From the NCBI GenBank assembly GCA_000697335.1, contig JNEM01009194.1, positions 1-44,322 on the forward strand: 44,322 nucleotides of DNA. The letters run 5' to 3'. The stretch comes from Conidiobolus incongruus B7586. Lineage: Eukaryota. The notes beneath the pieces are model-generated. The model did not search any database and had not been told where the DNA came from. It saw nothing but the letters and a program-made list of their open reading frames with translations. The position numbers and the translations under genes are program-made. This document shows, one piece after another, positions 1-13,100 of the stretch. How positions within the stretch are numbered: the stretch's first letter is position 1; each line of letters opens with the position of its first letter.

Positions 1-743
1 CAAAATATTATATTTAATAATTAAAATAATTTGAAATAAATATATTATATTAAATTTAAAATAATATATCATAGCATTATAAAATCATTGTAATTTATAA
101 TAATATAAAAGTATTTTGACCTCTTATACTTTATCTTAATTTGATATAATTCTCTTTTGGTTAAATAATATTTATTTTTTATTTCCTCAGTTTTTCAATA
201 ATTGATATTAAAATAAAGATAAAATTATCATTTATATACTTTATTTATACCCTTATATAAATTACCTTATTATATTATAAATTAGTTTTATAGTATTTAT
301 AATCTTATTATCAATATTTAAAGAATATTAATTTATAAAATTATTTTAATTAGGGTTTCAAATTGAATACTCAATTAATATTAAAGTATATATATATATA
401 TTAAATTAATGTTTTTATAAAAATTTTGAACAAATAATATTTTCATTGAAATTCAAAAATCAAAAATATATATTTATTACTAATACAAATGTATTAATTG
501 AAAAAAAAACTGTTAATAATATTAATATATATTTTAAAAAACTATCTACTAATAATATTATTCGTAATATATATTAAATTATGAAGAATGGAATTTTACT
601 ACTTTATATAATTATTTTTTCGATTAATATATATAAAATCATAAATTATTAAAAAAAAATTAATATTTTAAAATTATCATTTTATTATATTATCAATTCT
701 AATAAAATCAAAAGTCTATATATAAATTAAAATCTATATAATT

Positions 744-1964
744 CTATAATTTTTCTAATAAATATAACTTAACTTGGTAACCAACTTTCAAATTCCATTG
801 ATTAACAATTTTCATCTGGTTGACGAACCAAGGATGAGCGAAAATCACTTCGATTAGTTTGATTTCAAGTGTCATTAGGAGTGCTTTGCCACCAGATCGC
901 AATATGCGAATCACTTGTTTGATAAGTTGGGGATAAAGTCTTTGTACCATTCGAAAATTACCTTCTCGAACACCCCATGGCAGGTCGGAAATGATCCAGT
1001 CGACGCAATTGTCCCTGAGAGGGATTAGTTTGGAATCCCAGCAGTTCAGATCTACCCATTTGGGCTTTGAGTTCATTAGATTATTTAAGCCCAAATTAAA
1101 TATGTTATTATCCTCAATATCACCTCCTAAATAATAGGCATTGGGTTGTAGATTATTAGAAGCTTCAATGGAAAGTGTCCCAACGCCACAGCATGGATCA
1201 AGAACAACATCGCCAGGCTTAATTTGAGCAAGTCTCGAAATACAGTAAGCAATAGTAGGACGTAAAGAAGTTCTGCCATGGAATTTGCGGCTCCTCAAAT
1301 ATACCAAATCGTCACTTCCACTCAAATCCATGTCTCTAACACCTAAAATTAACCCCATTTTGTCAGGTTCATCGTCAACGGGTATCAAATCAGCAAAAAT
1401 TTCGAATTTGTATTGGGTTAAATTGACCTTGAATTGATCTTTGTGATTTTGTAGAAACCCTGCACCAATAGCACCTCCCATCAGTAACGATTTACAGTTT
1501 TTTAAATAGTAATCGTTTCTGTCAAAGTCGATTCTGAATGTGTTGAGCTCGTTGGGATTGATATTGAGTATCGGAAGATGATCATCCCATCTAACGGTGT
1601 AAATACTTTGGTAAATGAGCCATTGTACCCAGAATATCGAGTGCTGTAAATCTTTGGGTAATTTATCAACGAATTCGTTGGTTTCATAAGGACAGTTGGC
1701 AGAGAATAAACTCTTGTGAAATTGAAGTTCATCTATAAATAAAAATCTACGTTCTATAGAGTTTAAGTTTAATAGGTTGATTTTTGACCAAGTTTGAGCT
1801 TTTTGATCAATTGTTAAATTATCAAATGTAAATTTAATATGACCCGGATACACTTTAGAAGTAAATGAGAGTTTTAAATGTTCATTAAAAGAATCTTTAA
1901 TTTCTTCAATGGATACAAATTCTAAACCTACAGGTACTTTGAATATTATTGACAATGATTCCAT
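744..1964 (-). CDS. THUMP-domain class I SAM-dependent RNA (guanine-N2) methyltransferase, THUMPD3/Trm14-like
   Basis: Intronless ORF with N-terminal KVPVGLE, GRTSLRPTIAY, SAM motif VLDPCCGVGT and WD..IPLRDNCVDWIISDLPWG. Start placed at ATG 1964 (MESLS); ATG 1997 is an alternative. Confidence 0.85.
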   Translation of the reverse strand: MESLSIIFKVPVGLEFVSIEEIKDSFNEHLKLSFTSKVYPGHIKFTFDNLTIDQKAQTWSKINLLNLNSIERRFLFIDELQFHKSLFSANCPYETNEFVDKLPKDLQHSIFWVQWLIYQSIYTVRWDDHLPILNINPNELNTFRIDFDRNDYYLKNCKSLLMGGAIGAGFLQNHKDQFKVNLTQYKFEIFADLIPVDDEPDKMGLILGVRDMDLSGSDDLVYLRSRKFHGRTSLRPTIAYCISRLAQIKPGDVVLDPCCGVGTLSIEASNNLQPNAYYLGGDIEDNNIFNLGLNNLMNSKPKWVDLNCWDSKLIPLRDNCVDWIISDLPWGVREGNFRMVQRLYPQLIKQVIRILRSGGKALLMTLEIKLIEVIFAHPWFVNQMKIVNQWNLKVGYQVKLYLLEKL

Positions 1965-3650
1965 TTTTATGATTGTATTGTGTTTTAAATAGTACATTGA
2001 TCAAAATTCCGTCATTTAGTTTGATTGGGTTAATATTAATTATTATGGGATTAGGTCCTTTCTCAATATATTTTGATGATTTCATAAAATATTTTTAGAG
2101 AATATTGAAAATTATAGCAAGATAACACTATTAAATAAATAGGTAAACTTTAACCATTACCAAATTTTCTAAATTACAATAATATATATTTGAGTGTTAT
2201 TTTTATGATAATTAAAGTTAAAATAAAAAACTAGATAAAAATGAAATTACTCAAAATTTACAAATTATTTATTGGTGAATATTAAATACTTAGAGATGAT
2301 CATCACTACATAAATATTAAATATATTCGAAATAATGAAATAATATGTTAAACTTTACTTTCAAAAGGATTGAAAATTAATTATTTTTTAACAATTTTTA
2401 TTTAATGCAATTATCAGTTTTTTCATATTAACTATTTTTACATCTGATAAATTCATTTAACATTTTAATCATATTTAAAAATGTTAAATAGATAATTCTA
2501 ATATTAATTGATAGTTTTAGTGTTTATTATTAAAAATTATTGATACAATTAAATTTTTATAGGAAGGTATATTTTAAGTTATTTGATTAGGTATTTGGAA
2601 CCAAATTTTGTTGGTCAGAGTTGCTTTGCCTTGAAAATTGAATGAACTAGATTTGAGGATCTGAAGAAGGGATAGTGACCTGGAATATTGAAATAATTGG
2701 CGGCTACTTCGAATGTATTTAAAGAGATGAATGCTATTAAAATGCTGGTAGGGATAAATATATATAATTATTAGTATTTGAAGACCAATTATGGAATAAT
2801 CTTTGGTAATAGATTGAAAGCTATTTAACATGATTGTATGATGGATCATTCAAATGAATTATGAGGATATTATTACTTGTATAATTTGAATTTTTAATAT
2901 TAATTACCTAGGAGAAATTCAATGATAATAATCGATTATATTGAATAATGAATATTATCGCATCAATATTTAGCACATTCTATAAAATAATAACGTTGAA
3001 TTATAGATTTAATCCAATTTTTTGATATTGAAATTTGAGAAAACTAAGTTATCAATTTTCAAATAACTAAATCTAAATATTTTACCGAAAATGTTTGTTA
3101 TCTATATTTGAATTTTCGAAAATTTAAATAATTTGATATAATGTTTACTTAGCATAAAAAAGGCGGCAGATTTTAATATGTGGTAAAAATACTAGTTTCA
3201 AACTATTATAATGACTGATATTACAAACATAATAAAATGATAATGTTGATAAGAATATCTAATTATCAAAGTTAATGAGAAAATAATTATTAATAGTATG
3301 CTTGATTGCTATTTACGCCAATTGTTCATTAAAACTGCTCAATTAGTTAAGTATTGATTATGGTTTTTGTATTCAATAATTTAAATTTATTTAATACTGT
3401 AATTTTTTTTGACTCTATTTGTTCCATTCTTATGGATTTTAATTACTTATCACCCAATCATACATAATTAATAATATTACTTTAAGAAATCATATTGTAC
3501 ACCTCTCATTTCCAGATTAGATAATGCTGTGATAACCTTAAATCTATTGAGATTTGAGACTTGATTTAAACTGTGATGAATTAAAATTTAATTGAATCCC
3601 TTTTTATGAAATTAATCTTTTTTAATTTAATAATAAAAAAATAGTCATAA

Positions 3651-4606
3651 ATGCTAATGTCTACTGAATCTTCAACTGCTTCTTTGCCAGCTTCATCATC
3701 TCCGAATTTATCTAGCGTTAATAATGTTTCTCAAGTTAGAGCTATTAGAAGAAATCGTCCTGGAACGAAATCTCAAGTAAAAGATTCATTACAAATTTTT
3801 ACATCACAATTATTAAATAACTTAAATAGGATTTGTATAGTTGGGCGAGCTGTGATTTAGAGAGTTTAGACTCTCCATGTTCCCTTCAAGAATATTTACA
3901 AGATCTTATAAGAAATTCTAAAGAAGATATCGATAAATTGTTAAAAGTTCCAGATGGTCAAACTCCTGATATCTGGTTATATGAACACTTAAGGTAAATT
4001 TTTTTAATAATTTTTTTCTGAATTATTTGTAATAATAATTATAAATTAGACAAGTTTGTTTAGAGTTATCCTACTTTGTAGTTCAAATTCAGATGGAATG
4101 TACTAAAGAAACGTGTCCCGAAATGAAAGCTAACGAATGGTTTTATTTATGCGCTGCTCACCCTACTCCTCAAAGTGTAATTAATTTTCCATATAAATTT
4201 TTTAAAAAATAATATTAACTCATATTCAATTTTTAGTGTTGTGCTATCGACTATATTATTCACACTTTGGACGGAGCTACATCCCTACTAAATAGTTCTA
4301 AATATTTTCCAAGTCGATTGACCGTACCAACTAACTCTGTCAAACATTTCCTATCTATCGCCAGGAGATTATATAGAATATTCGCTCACGCTTGGTACCA
4401 TCATCAAGCTATATTTAACGAATTTGAGGTAAATATCAATTATACTAATAGCCATATAATATAGTATTCATTTCATTTATATATAGAGCCAAACTTATTT
4501 ATATGCAAGATTTTTAAAGTTATCCATCAACTTTAGTTTAATCCCTAAGACTTTGATTAATATCCCAGATTTGACTAATGATAACGAACCCAATCAATCA
4601 TCATAA
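3651..4606 (+). CDS. MOB4: MOB4/phocein (fungal MOB3), STRIPAK subunit
   Basis: Exons 3651-3776, 3830-3993, 4050-4176, 4237-4428, 4487-4606 with GT-AG introns. Spliced protein contains RRNRPGTK, WLYEHLRQ, YLCAAH, CAIDYIIHTLDGA, SKYFPSR and RRLYRIFAHAWYHH, all phocein hallmarks. Confidence 0.93.
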
Positions 4607-4926
4607 TAAGTTTTTTTAAGTTATTAAATTTGTATATTGGGATTATATTTAGCTCATTGGTTTAAATATGTATTAGTAATTTAATTATATATTTTTCATT
4701 ATTAATAAAATTGATATTTTCATGATATAACTTTTTTTATATTATATTTCTGCTTTTTAGTTTTTTTGACTCAATACTATGAGAACTCTTATCTACAGTT
4801 AACAAAACAAAACAAACTTACTTTGAATCCCATAATAATTGATGAAATCAATTCACAAATAAAAATAAAAAACCGCCTCACTTCATTAATTTTAAAATTT
4901 TTCATTGATAATAATATTAATCAGAA

Positions 4927-5415
4927 ATGTCATCATTCGGAAATTATTTATTAAGACAAAATAAGATAGAAACTTTTTTCTTTAATAAAAAAAGTAAAAA
5001 TTTGTTCGAATTATTGTCCGTTTATAAGAATAATGGTCAAGGTTTAAGAGTGGTAAAATAATCTTAATTTTATTTGACTAAATAGATTATTGATATTTTT
5101 CATTATTTTAGACTTCTAAAGAATGGTTAGATAAAGGTTTAACTGATACCTATTATGAAATTGAAAAGTGTTATTTGAGAAACGTAATTCAAATTTCTAA
5201 AACTAATATTTTAATTAATTTTTACTAATTTAATTATTTAGGATTTATCTCATGGTTATGCCGTTGGCACACTTACTTGGAAGGGAGTTCAAAGTCCTCA
5301 TCCCGAAAAGATACGCAAGGGTTTAAAGTACACTTGGTTACCTTATAAGGGAGAACAACCCAACTACCCTCCTAAACCTAAACTTTTTGAAGGCAAAAAA
5401 GCTGATAAAAACTAA
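4927..5415 (+). CDS. Mitochondrial ribosomal protein mS34 (MRPS34)-like, about 123 aa
   Basis: Exons 4927-5052, 5112-5183, 5242-5415 (GT-AG, phase 0) give KNLFELLSVYKNNGQGLRV-TSKEW...TYYEIEK...DLSHGYAVGTLTWKG...IRKGLKYTW, matching the mS34 pattern (L.N.G.GR.V..K.W, DHGKAWGILT.KG). Not in the ORF track. Confidence 0.72.
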
Positions 5416-5974
5416 TATATTTATATAAAATTAACTAATAGAAAATTTAATTCTATTTAAATTCTATTTTGATCTTTTTGAGTTTTATTTTTATTATTAT
5501 TATTTCATGCTATATATTTTTAAATTTGATTAATCAAAATATTTAATTATTTCAACTTTATTTAATTATACAAATAATAATAATAATATGGAATTGGTTT
5601 AAATTAACTAATAATTATTGATATGAATTAATTTGAATAAGCTATATCGTATATTCAAAACATTAAAATTTTCTATCTTGAAACTCCTATTTCATTTTAA
5701 AATTTGAATATATAATGGTTATGAAAAATACAAGCCCAATATTTAACCTGGTTGAAATACCAATTATCCTAAATACCATTTTTGACCTGATAATTTTTAA
5801 TAATGTTTATCATTTGATGGAAATCAATCATATTATATCAAAAATTAAACAACTAATAAAATAAGATCCCATAATTGTAATTTGAAATTTAATTACTCGG
5901 ATGGAAATTCAATATCAATCAATTCTCAACTAACTTTTTATTTATTGAATATTTATTAAGCCTATTATATCATT

Positions 5975-6377
5975 ATGAATTTTGACAACCCTCCAGACAA
6001 CGATTACATAAATAACACCAATAATAATATTACGAATGAGAGTACCAACAATAAAGTAAATGAGATAGATCCGAATTTAGAGAAGGTAAAGAGTTTTTTG
6101 GGTAGAACTTTAAGGGTGAGTATTTCAGATGGTAGAATATTTGAAGGCATTTTCGTTTGTACAGATAGTCAAATTAATTTAATATTATCTATGGCTCAAG
6201 AATTTCGTCAAAGTAAAATCAATTTCAATAAACATTTATTTTTTATAAATAATAATTTAATAATTTGTAATTTTTTTAGATAATAGAAGGCGAGTAGGTT
6301 TAATTATGATACCTGGGAAACATATTAAAAAGATTGAAGTTAAAAAGAATTTTAATAGATTTGGTCATTTTACTTAA
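5975..6377 (+). CDS. Sm-like protein, NatC auxiliary subunit Mak31/NAA38 (LSMD1)-like
   Basis: Exons 5975-6212 and 6280-6377. Sm1 motif LGRTLRVSISDGRIFEGIFVCTDSQINLIL and Sm2 motif RRVGLIMIPGKHIKKIEV; the F.CTD pattern favours NAA38 over SmB. Confidence 0.8.
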
Positions 6378-6625
6378 ATTAAATGAGATTTTTGTTTCTT
6401 AATTTTTATTTTATTTTATTAATCTTTCTAATTTATTTTCTTATTTTAAAATACTAAAAAAATAATAATAATAAAATAAATAATAAAAATAATTGGGATT
6501 TTTAAAAAATATTTATAGAAAATATTGTGTTTTAAATAAATTGAAAATGAAAATATATAATCAAGAAAATATTACAAACTTTTACATTTTTGTGAATATT
6601 AACACTAATTAGAAGTCACGAATAT

Positions 6626-6708
6626 GGCAAGATGGCCGAGTGGTCTAAGGCGCTGCGTTCAGGTCGCAGTCTACATTGTAGGCGTGAGTTCGAACCTCAC
6701 TCTTGTCA
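6626..6708 (+). tRNA. tRNA-Leu (anticodon CAG), intronless, long variable arm
   Basis: Acceptor stem GGCAAGA/TCTTGTC plus discriminator A, A-box TGGCCGAGTGG, anticodon arm CTGCG-TTCAGGT-CGCAG, variable arm CTACA/TGTAG, T-loop GTTCGAA, followed by a T5 Pol III terminator at about 6714. Confidence 0.97.
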
Positions 6709-9192
6709 TACAGTTTTTAATTCAATTTTAATTAATTTATATTTTTTATTTTTTTGTTTTTCTTTTCTTTCATACTCTTTTTTCCTTTATAACTACAATA
6801 TTACCATCTGGTAGAGATAGCATGTTATTTTTCATCTTTTCATATCCCTATTAAATATTTCAATACCAACAAGTTATTTGCAATATTATTTTTAATTAGG
6901 TATACGTTAATAAACCCATAGATTATAAAATTTTGTCTTTTATTAAATAAAATTCATCAAGATATATTACTAATTATAAATTTTATCACTCAAAATTACA
7001 TTAAATTTTCTAATTATTTCCAAATTCCTAATATTCAATCTGTTGGTTTAAGTGAATAAAATATGTTTGGATATATAAAGATAATTTATATCATAAAATT
7101 CTTTTTTTTTGAGTTAGTTGATATATAAATTGAAATTTTTAATATAAAAGAGATGGATTATATCATTTGGTTTTTTTAGATTATATAAATTGGGAATAAA
7201 AGAATATAGATGGCAGAATATAAAGTTGAAAAATATATTGTTATATATTTTCTACCTATAAAATTAATCACTATATTTTAGAATATAAGAAATCTACACA
7301 TTCACTCAAATTAATATTTTGATATTCTAAGTTTGGTATATTCATGTTTTATCCTTAGAAATTCTATTATCTGATTCATAATATGTATGAATATTCAATT
7401 CACCTATTAGAACCAATATTGATAACACTTTTGAAATAGAAGAATACAAAAAATTTATCAGTATAAACATATCCCATAGTACTTAGTTCTGAAAGTTGAT
7501 TATGTTGACTGATAATCATAAAATAATCCATCAGTTTAAATTTTCACTTTATAAAAGCTCAATGACAATTTTATGAAATATAATGATAAGTTATAGAAAT
7601 TAATTATTTACGAGAGATAAAAGAAAAAGAATAACACCCAGCCACTTAATTAAAAAAATTAGTTAAACCAACAATTTGAAAATTGAAATATGGGATACAT
7701 TTATTAATATTATTCTATTTACCTTAAACAATGAATTATTTTTTATTAATAATGAGCATTTCAAAAAATAGCAGACTAATGAATTTAAAAATTGATCTAT
7801 AACTTTCATTGGATATTTGCAATGATTAAGTGGTTTCAGGTTTGGTCAGTAAGGTTAATATTTAAGATATATATCTATAAGTGATGACTCAGAGATTGAA
7901 ATATTGTGTCAATTTATATAGCTATTTTGGAAAAGATTTTACCTAAGAAAAAGTACCTGAGGACAGTAGGTATATGTTTTTAAATTTAATGGACAAAAAT
8001 AATATACATAATTTAGATAATAATATAATTTTTAAGCTAGGGGATATATTAAAAATCTTATTGATATTTCTTGCTCAAACTGAAATTTAATTTTTAACTT
8101 TTGGTGAAACCCGAAACTCTTAATTGTTGCAAATATTCAAAATTGGAGATTATAAAAATCTTTACTATAATAAATATTTAATATATAGATGATTATGTTG
8201 AAATATACAATAGAAATTCGTCAAAACTATATAGTATACGTTGTTTCTGGAAAAAAATTATTTTAATCATAAAGAGGATTATTAAATTTGTAATGATATT
8301 ATTTTAATGAAAAAACTGTTGTATTTATTGAATAAATTATAAATAACTACTTTTTTATATTAAAAAATCGAATAATCAAGATTATTTATGTACCTTATTA
8401 ATCATTTACTTTATAATTTATTTAATTGGCCAGATCTTTGTGAAATGCGACAGGTTTATATACTAATTTAAATTCTTATTATTACATTTGATTACTCGAC
8501 CTTAAAATGATTTTAATGTATATTTTCAATTCAAAACTCATCAATTTGATTTCAATACTAAAAAATATTGGAATATTATATGTTAATTGATTTGATAATT
8601 TATATGATTTATTCATTCTGATGGTGGTTCTTATCTGAAATAAAAATTATATTTCTATTCCGATTAATTCATCTCAATTTTATAATTTCCTGCTGGTGAA
8701 GATTTGTTTCTTTGTTTAAATTAATTGAAATATTATATTGAAGAGTAAGAATGATGAGAATATTAAATTCAATTCAAAGTGATTAAAAAATAATGAATTA
8801 TACATATATCTCAAATAAGTTAATCAATTTAGTGTGAGTATATTCCAATTAAGTAAAATGACTTTGTAAATAAATAGTGTCAAGTGTTAATTTCACAACC
8901 TATAAAATTGATGATGGATCATTATACCTGAAAGTAGATGTTACCAAATTAAGTATTGGTGTTCTATCTAGTTTAATTTATAAATTTTAAAATATAGCAT
9001 ATATTATAATAAATTGAGAGAAATTATATGAGATTAATTTAAAATAATGCAAATAATTTCAAATTTATTTCAAATTTAATTGCTTTTAATAATTGCAAAT
9101 AATTTAAAATTACAAATAAAATTGAATTTATAATTGAAGAAAAGAATGATTTAGTTAATATTTTGGTTAGTAAAAATAATGAGTTATAGTTT

Positions 9193-10167
9193 TCAAGTAT
9201 AAAAGAAATTATAATTTTGATTAGTTAGCAATCTGGTCTTTTCTGAAGAGGTTGGCGAAGGTGAAGATAAGTTGCCATTGGCATCTTCGTTGAATCGATC
9301 CTTCATTGTGAAGTCATTGTCCTCTGTTTTGACCCTCAAAGGGTCAGATTTGACTGAACCTTGAGGAATCATGAAGGGTAAATCACCTGAATGCTGATGG
9401 GAATCCAAGATCCAGGGCAGAGTATAGCCATTCTCCTGAGCTTGAGTTTTCGTCACTTGGCATGAATTTGGATCGAGTTCTGTAGGAGTAGGAGCATCAA
9501 GCTTATGAATATAATTGGCATTGGAGTGATCATGGCCGTGAAAGTGAGAGATCGAGGTTGGTCCAGATAGCGATCCATTGCTATTGGAGCTTAGATAATG
9601 CAAAGAGCTAGTATCATTGTGAGAGCTGAAGTTGCATGGAGAGCAAGTGTTATCACTGTTCGATGACCCAGAGTTGGAATTCTGAGGAGTTGGTAATGCT
9701 GCAAATATGGTGGAAAATGGGGGGAGTGATTGCGGGGTCTGCGAACTACAACAGCTTGGGCAGTTGTTTTTTGTACGTTTCTTATAGGGTCCCCTAAGAA
9801 TGCCGCGGGCTCGAGGTTTGCGCTCCGAGCTCACGCAAGCGTCTGCAACACCATGCTTGATGCATCGATTACAAGGCCTATTATCATCGCATTTCTTACA
9901 TATTCGCTTACAATTAGTGCAAGCATTCTTCACTTGAGCTCTCTTTGGCTTCGTACGAACGTTTGCATTAGCTGTGGAGGATAAATTCTGGGATGAGTCC
10001 GGGTGACCGTTTTGCATTGAATAGAGATTAACTAATGGCTCACAATGAATTTTCTCTTGATGATTCCAATTCAGTCGATGGTCCTGATAATAGTGCAATC
10101 TATGATAGTCGAGCGAATAGTTGCAAATATAATTGCTGGAGGGCCTGGAGGCGTAATAATGAGACAT
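9193..10167 (-). CDS. Zn(II)2Cys6 binuclear-cluster transcription factor
   Basis: KRAQVKNACTNCKRICKKCDDNRPCNRCIKHGVADAC followed by a basic RKPR..RGPYKKR tail and a Ser/Pro-rich disordered region. TATA-like TATATATA about 105 nt upstream. The start could be ATG 10017. Confidence 0.9.
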   Translation of the reverse strand: MSHYYASRPSSNYICNYSLDYHRLHYYQDHRLNWNHQEKIHCEPLVNLYSMQNGHPDSSQNLSSTANANVRTKPKRAQVKNACTNCKRICKKCDDNRPCNRCIKHGVADACVSSERKPRARGILRGPYKKRTKNNCPSCCSSQTPQSLPPFSTIFAALPTPQNSNSGSSNSDNTCSPCNFSSHNDTSSLHYLSSNSNGSLSGPTSISHFHGHDHSNANYIHKLDAPTPTELDPNSCQVTKTQAQENGYTLPWILDSHQHSGDLPFMIPQGSVKSDPLRVKTEDNDFTMKDRFNEDANGNLSSPSPTSSEKTRLLTNQNYNFFYT

Positions 10168-13100
10168 TCACAAAGGAATAGGTAGGTTAAAATGCATAGA
10201 ATTGGATAGAAATCCACAGTGATTTGATGAGGTTGAGGTTGAGTTTAAAGTTGAATCTCCAAGCATGACCTATATATACCAATCAATTTGTTGAGGGTAT
10301 AACTTTAATTTAAATAAGTCTTAAATGGTGTGCTTTTTTGGGAGCAATTTTTCCATTTTTATCTTCATCGCCAGCAGAAAAATCAATCTTTTATACATAT
10401 ATGTGCGAAATAATGCCTATTTTTAATGAAACAAAGCGACGTATGATTGGATTGATTAGATCATTGATCCATCGATTGACCAATCACCGCGGCGTTGATC
10501 ATCGAGATCCAATGAAATTTTTTGTTGAAGTGAATTTTCTAGCAAGACTCAAATTGAAAAATAGATTAAATTTATATTTAAATTGTCTACAAAAATATAT
10601 GATAAATCAGGTTTTTGGGCCAAACAAATTAGTTACAAATTTGGATCTAAGAAAATACGATCATCGAAGGTTGTAATAGAAAAATTCGATCTTGACAACC
10701 ATGAGAAATCTCAGGTTGATACTGATTGGATGATGTTGTGTTCATCTGAGAATAATATTTCGTCATTCAAACCAATCATATTGATTGATCCAGTTAAAGG
10801 ATAGTTGATTAAAAGAATGACAAATATACTAAATATTAGGCATCTACTATATGTCTATATTCGGAAGAAATGAAACTCGATCTATGACTAGTGGATATTT
10901 ACAAATAGATATCAGGTGCAAGTTTAAAATAAACAGCAAAATAACACATACATTTAAGTTATTATATTGAAATTAATCTAGTTATTCTAGTCTCCTTTAA
11001 TTTTTCAGTAAATATATCAAAATTAAGATAAATAATATGATTATTTAGTATAGAGATGATTCAATACTACAGACACGCTTAAGCGCTTCGTGATTTCTTT
11101 AACCTTATTCAACTACACTTTAATAGTTTAATATAAATCATCCAACAAAATCTAATTTGGTTTAATGATATAAAACACAACTAACTATCTCCTTTTTGGA
11201 TCATATTCTTGAAATATGAAAAATAATTTTGTAGTTCAATAATTAACCCCTATTTAATTAAATGATATTAATGGTAACAATATTATAATTCTATGATTTA
11301 GTATTTTACCAAAGAAAAAAACTTTAATCTTAATATAAAAGTAGAATATTTCAAATATATAAAATAATTCAAGTGATAATATGAATGTATTAAACACATA
11401 TCACTGAATTAATATAATTTCTTTTAGACATTTAATATAACTCTATAATTAAAAATAGTTAATTATTTTATATTATAATAGAAGGAATATATGTTATAGT
11501 TGACTTTTAGTATTTTACTTTCTTCTATTTTGAATACTATGAGTTTTGTTAATTATCTAATTTAGATGTTAATAAAACTAGAGAAAGGATTAAATTTAGA
11601 CAAATTAATTAGATAATAGGAATATTTTTATGTAAAATATCATTTTATATTATGTACAAGATCAAATATCAAACTCAAAAGACAATTTCAAACTATTATC
11701 ACATTATATAAAAACTAATATGTATGGTTTTAATATATAATATTGAGAAACCTTCTTTACAACCTATCAAATTATAGCACAGAAATAATAAACTGTGGTA
11801 ATATCTTCGAAACATTGTGATATTGAATGAATAGAGTGATTTTATTCCTTCTAAAATATTCAAGATGACATAATTTATTATCAATCAATTTATTATTCAG
11901 ATTTCGTGAATAATATCTGGATTGAATTGCAAAGTTTATATATAATTGAATTAATACATTTTCCTTTTTCATTTCCATCGAATATTTTCATCTCAAGTTT
12001 GATTATAAAATCTTGATGACTGCAAATCGTGGTTAAGTAGAAGTAATAAGTCGACCAAATAAGCACAATTAGTCATTTGGCCCCAAATTTTAGATCTACA
12101 AAATATTTATACTGATCCAAATTTTTGAGCTTGAAATATTATATTTTTATTTTTTGAAAATATATTACAGAATTTAAAAAAATTTTTTTGAAATATTTTA
12201 AAAAATAATATGATCTTATAAAATTAATTAATTCGAAATAAAATTTGAAAAAATCAATTAACATTACTCAATTTAGTAATTAATCCAATTTTCTATTTGT
12301 GATAACTATTATTTATATTAATCTATTATAATTTTTTAAAATATTAAAATATTAATAAAAATTTAAAATTTATAATAATTTATAATATTATTAGTACAAA
12401 AAAATGTTTTTTTAAAAAAAAAAAGAACTTTAATAATAAAATAATTTCCGTACTTATTCCTAATTAGGTAATTCCCTTTCCTGATTTATTACAAAAAAAA
12501 TCTTTTTAAAATTTTAAGGAATTTTCAATTAGTTATTTAAATTTCTATTGAAATCCTTGTAATACACTCTAAAATAAAGAATTTGAATGATCAGTCATTG
12601 GTGACTTATTGATGTTGCTTTTAAACTAATACAAAGCAGAGATCAATCATAATAATAGATTTATCACTCCGCAATTTGATAGTTAGACCTGTGTTGTAAT
12701 AATGAATACTTTGGTTAACAGGATATTAGTCAATAAAGATCAAAGTGTATTATTTTAGAATTATAGATATTACTTATTTGTGGGGTATATGCGTTAATTA
12801 ATTATATCAAATAAATTTTGATCTGGAGATTTATATGATTTTAAGATCAATATTTTCATCTATATTTCTTATATAATTTAAACTTATATGATGCTCCTAA
12901 ATTGAAAATAATTCAATATATCAAAGTTTATATAATCAATAGTAAATTAAATACTACTATATATTGACATAATTCTATCCAATAAATAATCTTTTGATTT
13001 ATTGTTATACCCTTTAAATATTCCAATTTGATTATTATAACAATAGCAATAAATTCAAAATTTCAACTTACCAATTTCAAATTTGGCCTATAAAAGGTGA

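Noticed and set aside
4766..4954. 62-aa ORF on +
   Set aside because: TTG start; covers the promoter of the mS34-like gene in another frame.
6632..6814. 60-aa ORF MAEWSKALRSG...
   Set aside because: It is the translation of the tRNA-Leu gene plus a T-rich flank.
9730..9984. Antisense and alternate-frame ORFs (also 1502, 18915, 20253, 28324, 28658, 28869, 32632, 38429)
   Set aside because: Shadows of real genes or relics with no independent motifs.
10338..10804. Two overlapping + strand ORFs (112 and 73 aa)
   Set aside because: Non-ATG starts, no recognisable domain, located in the Zn-cluster gene's upstream region.
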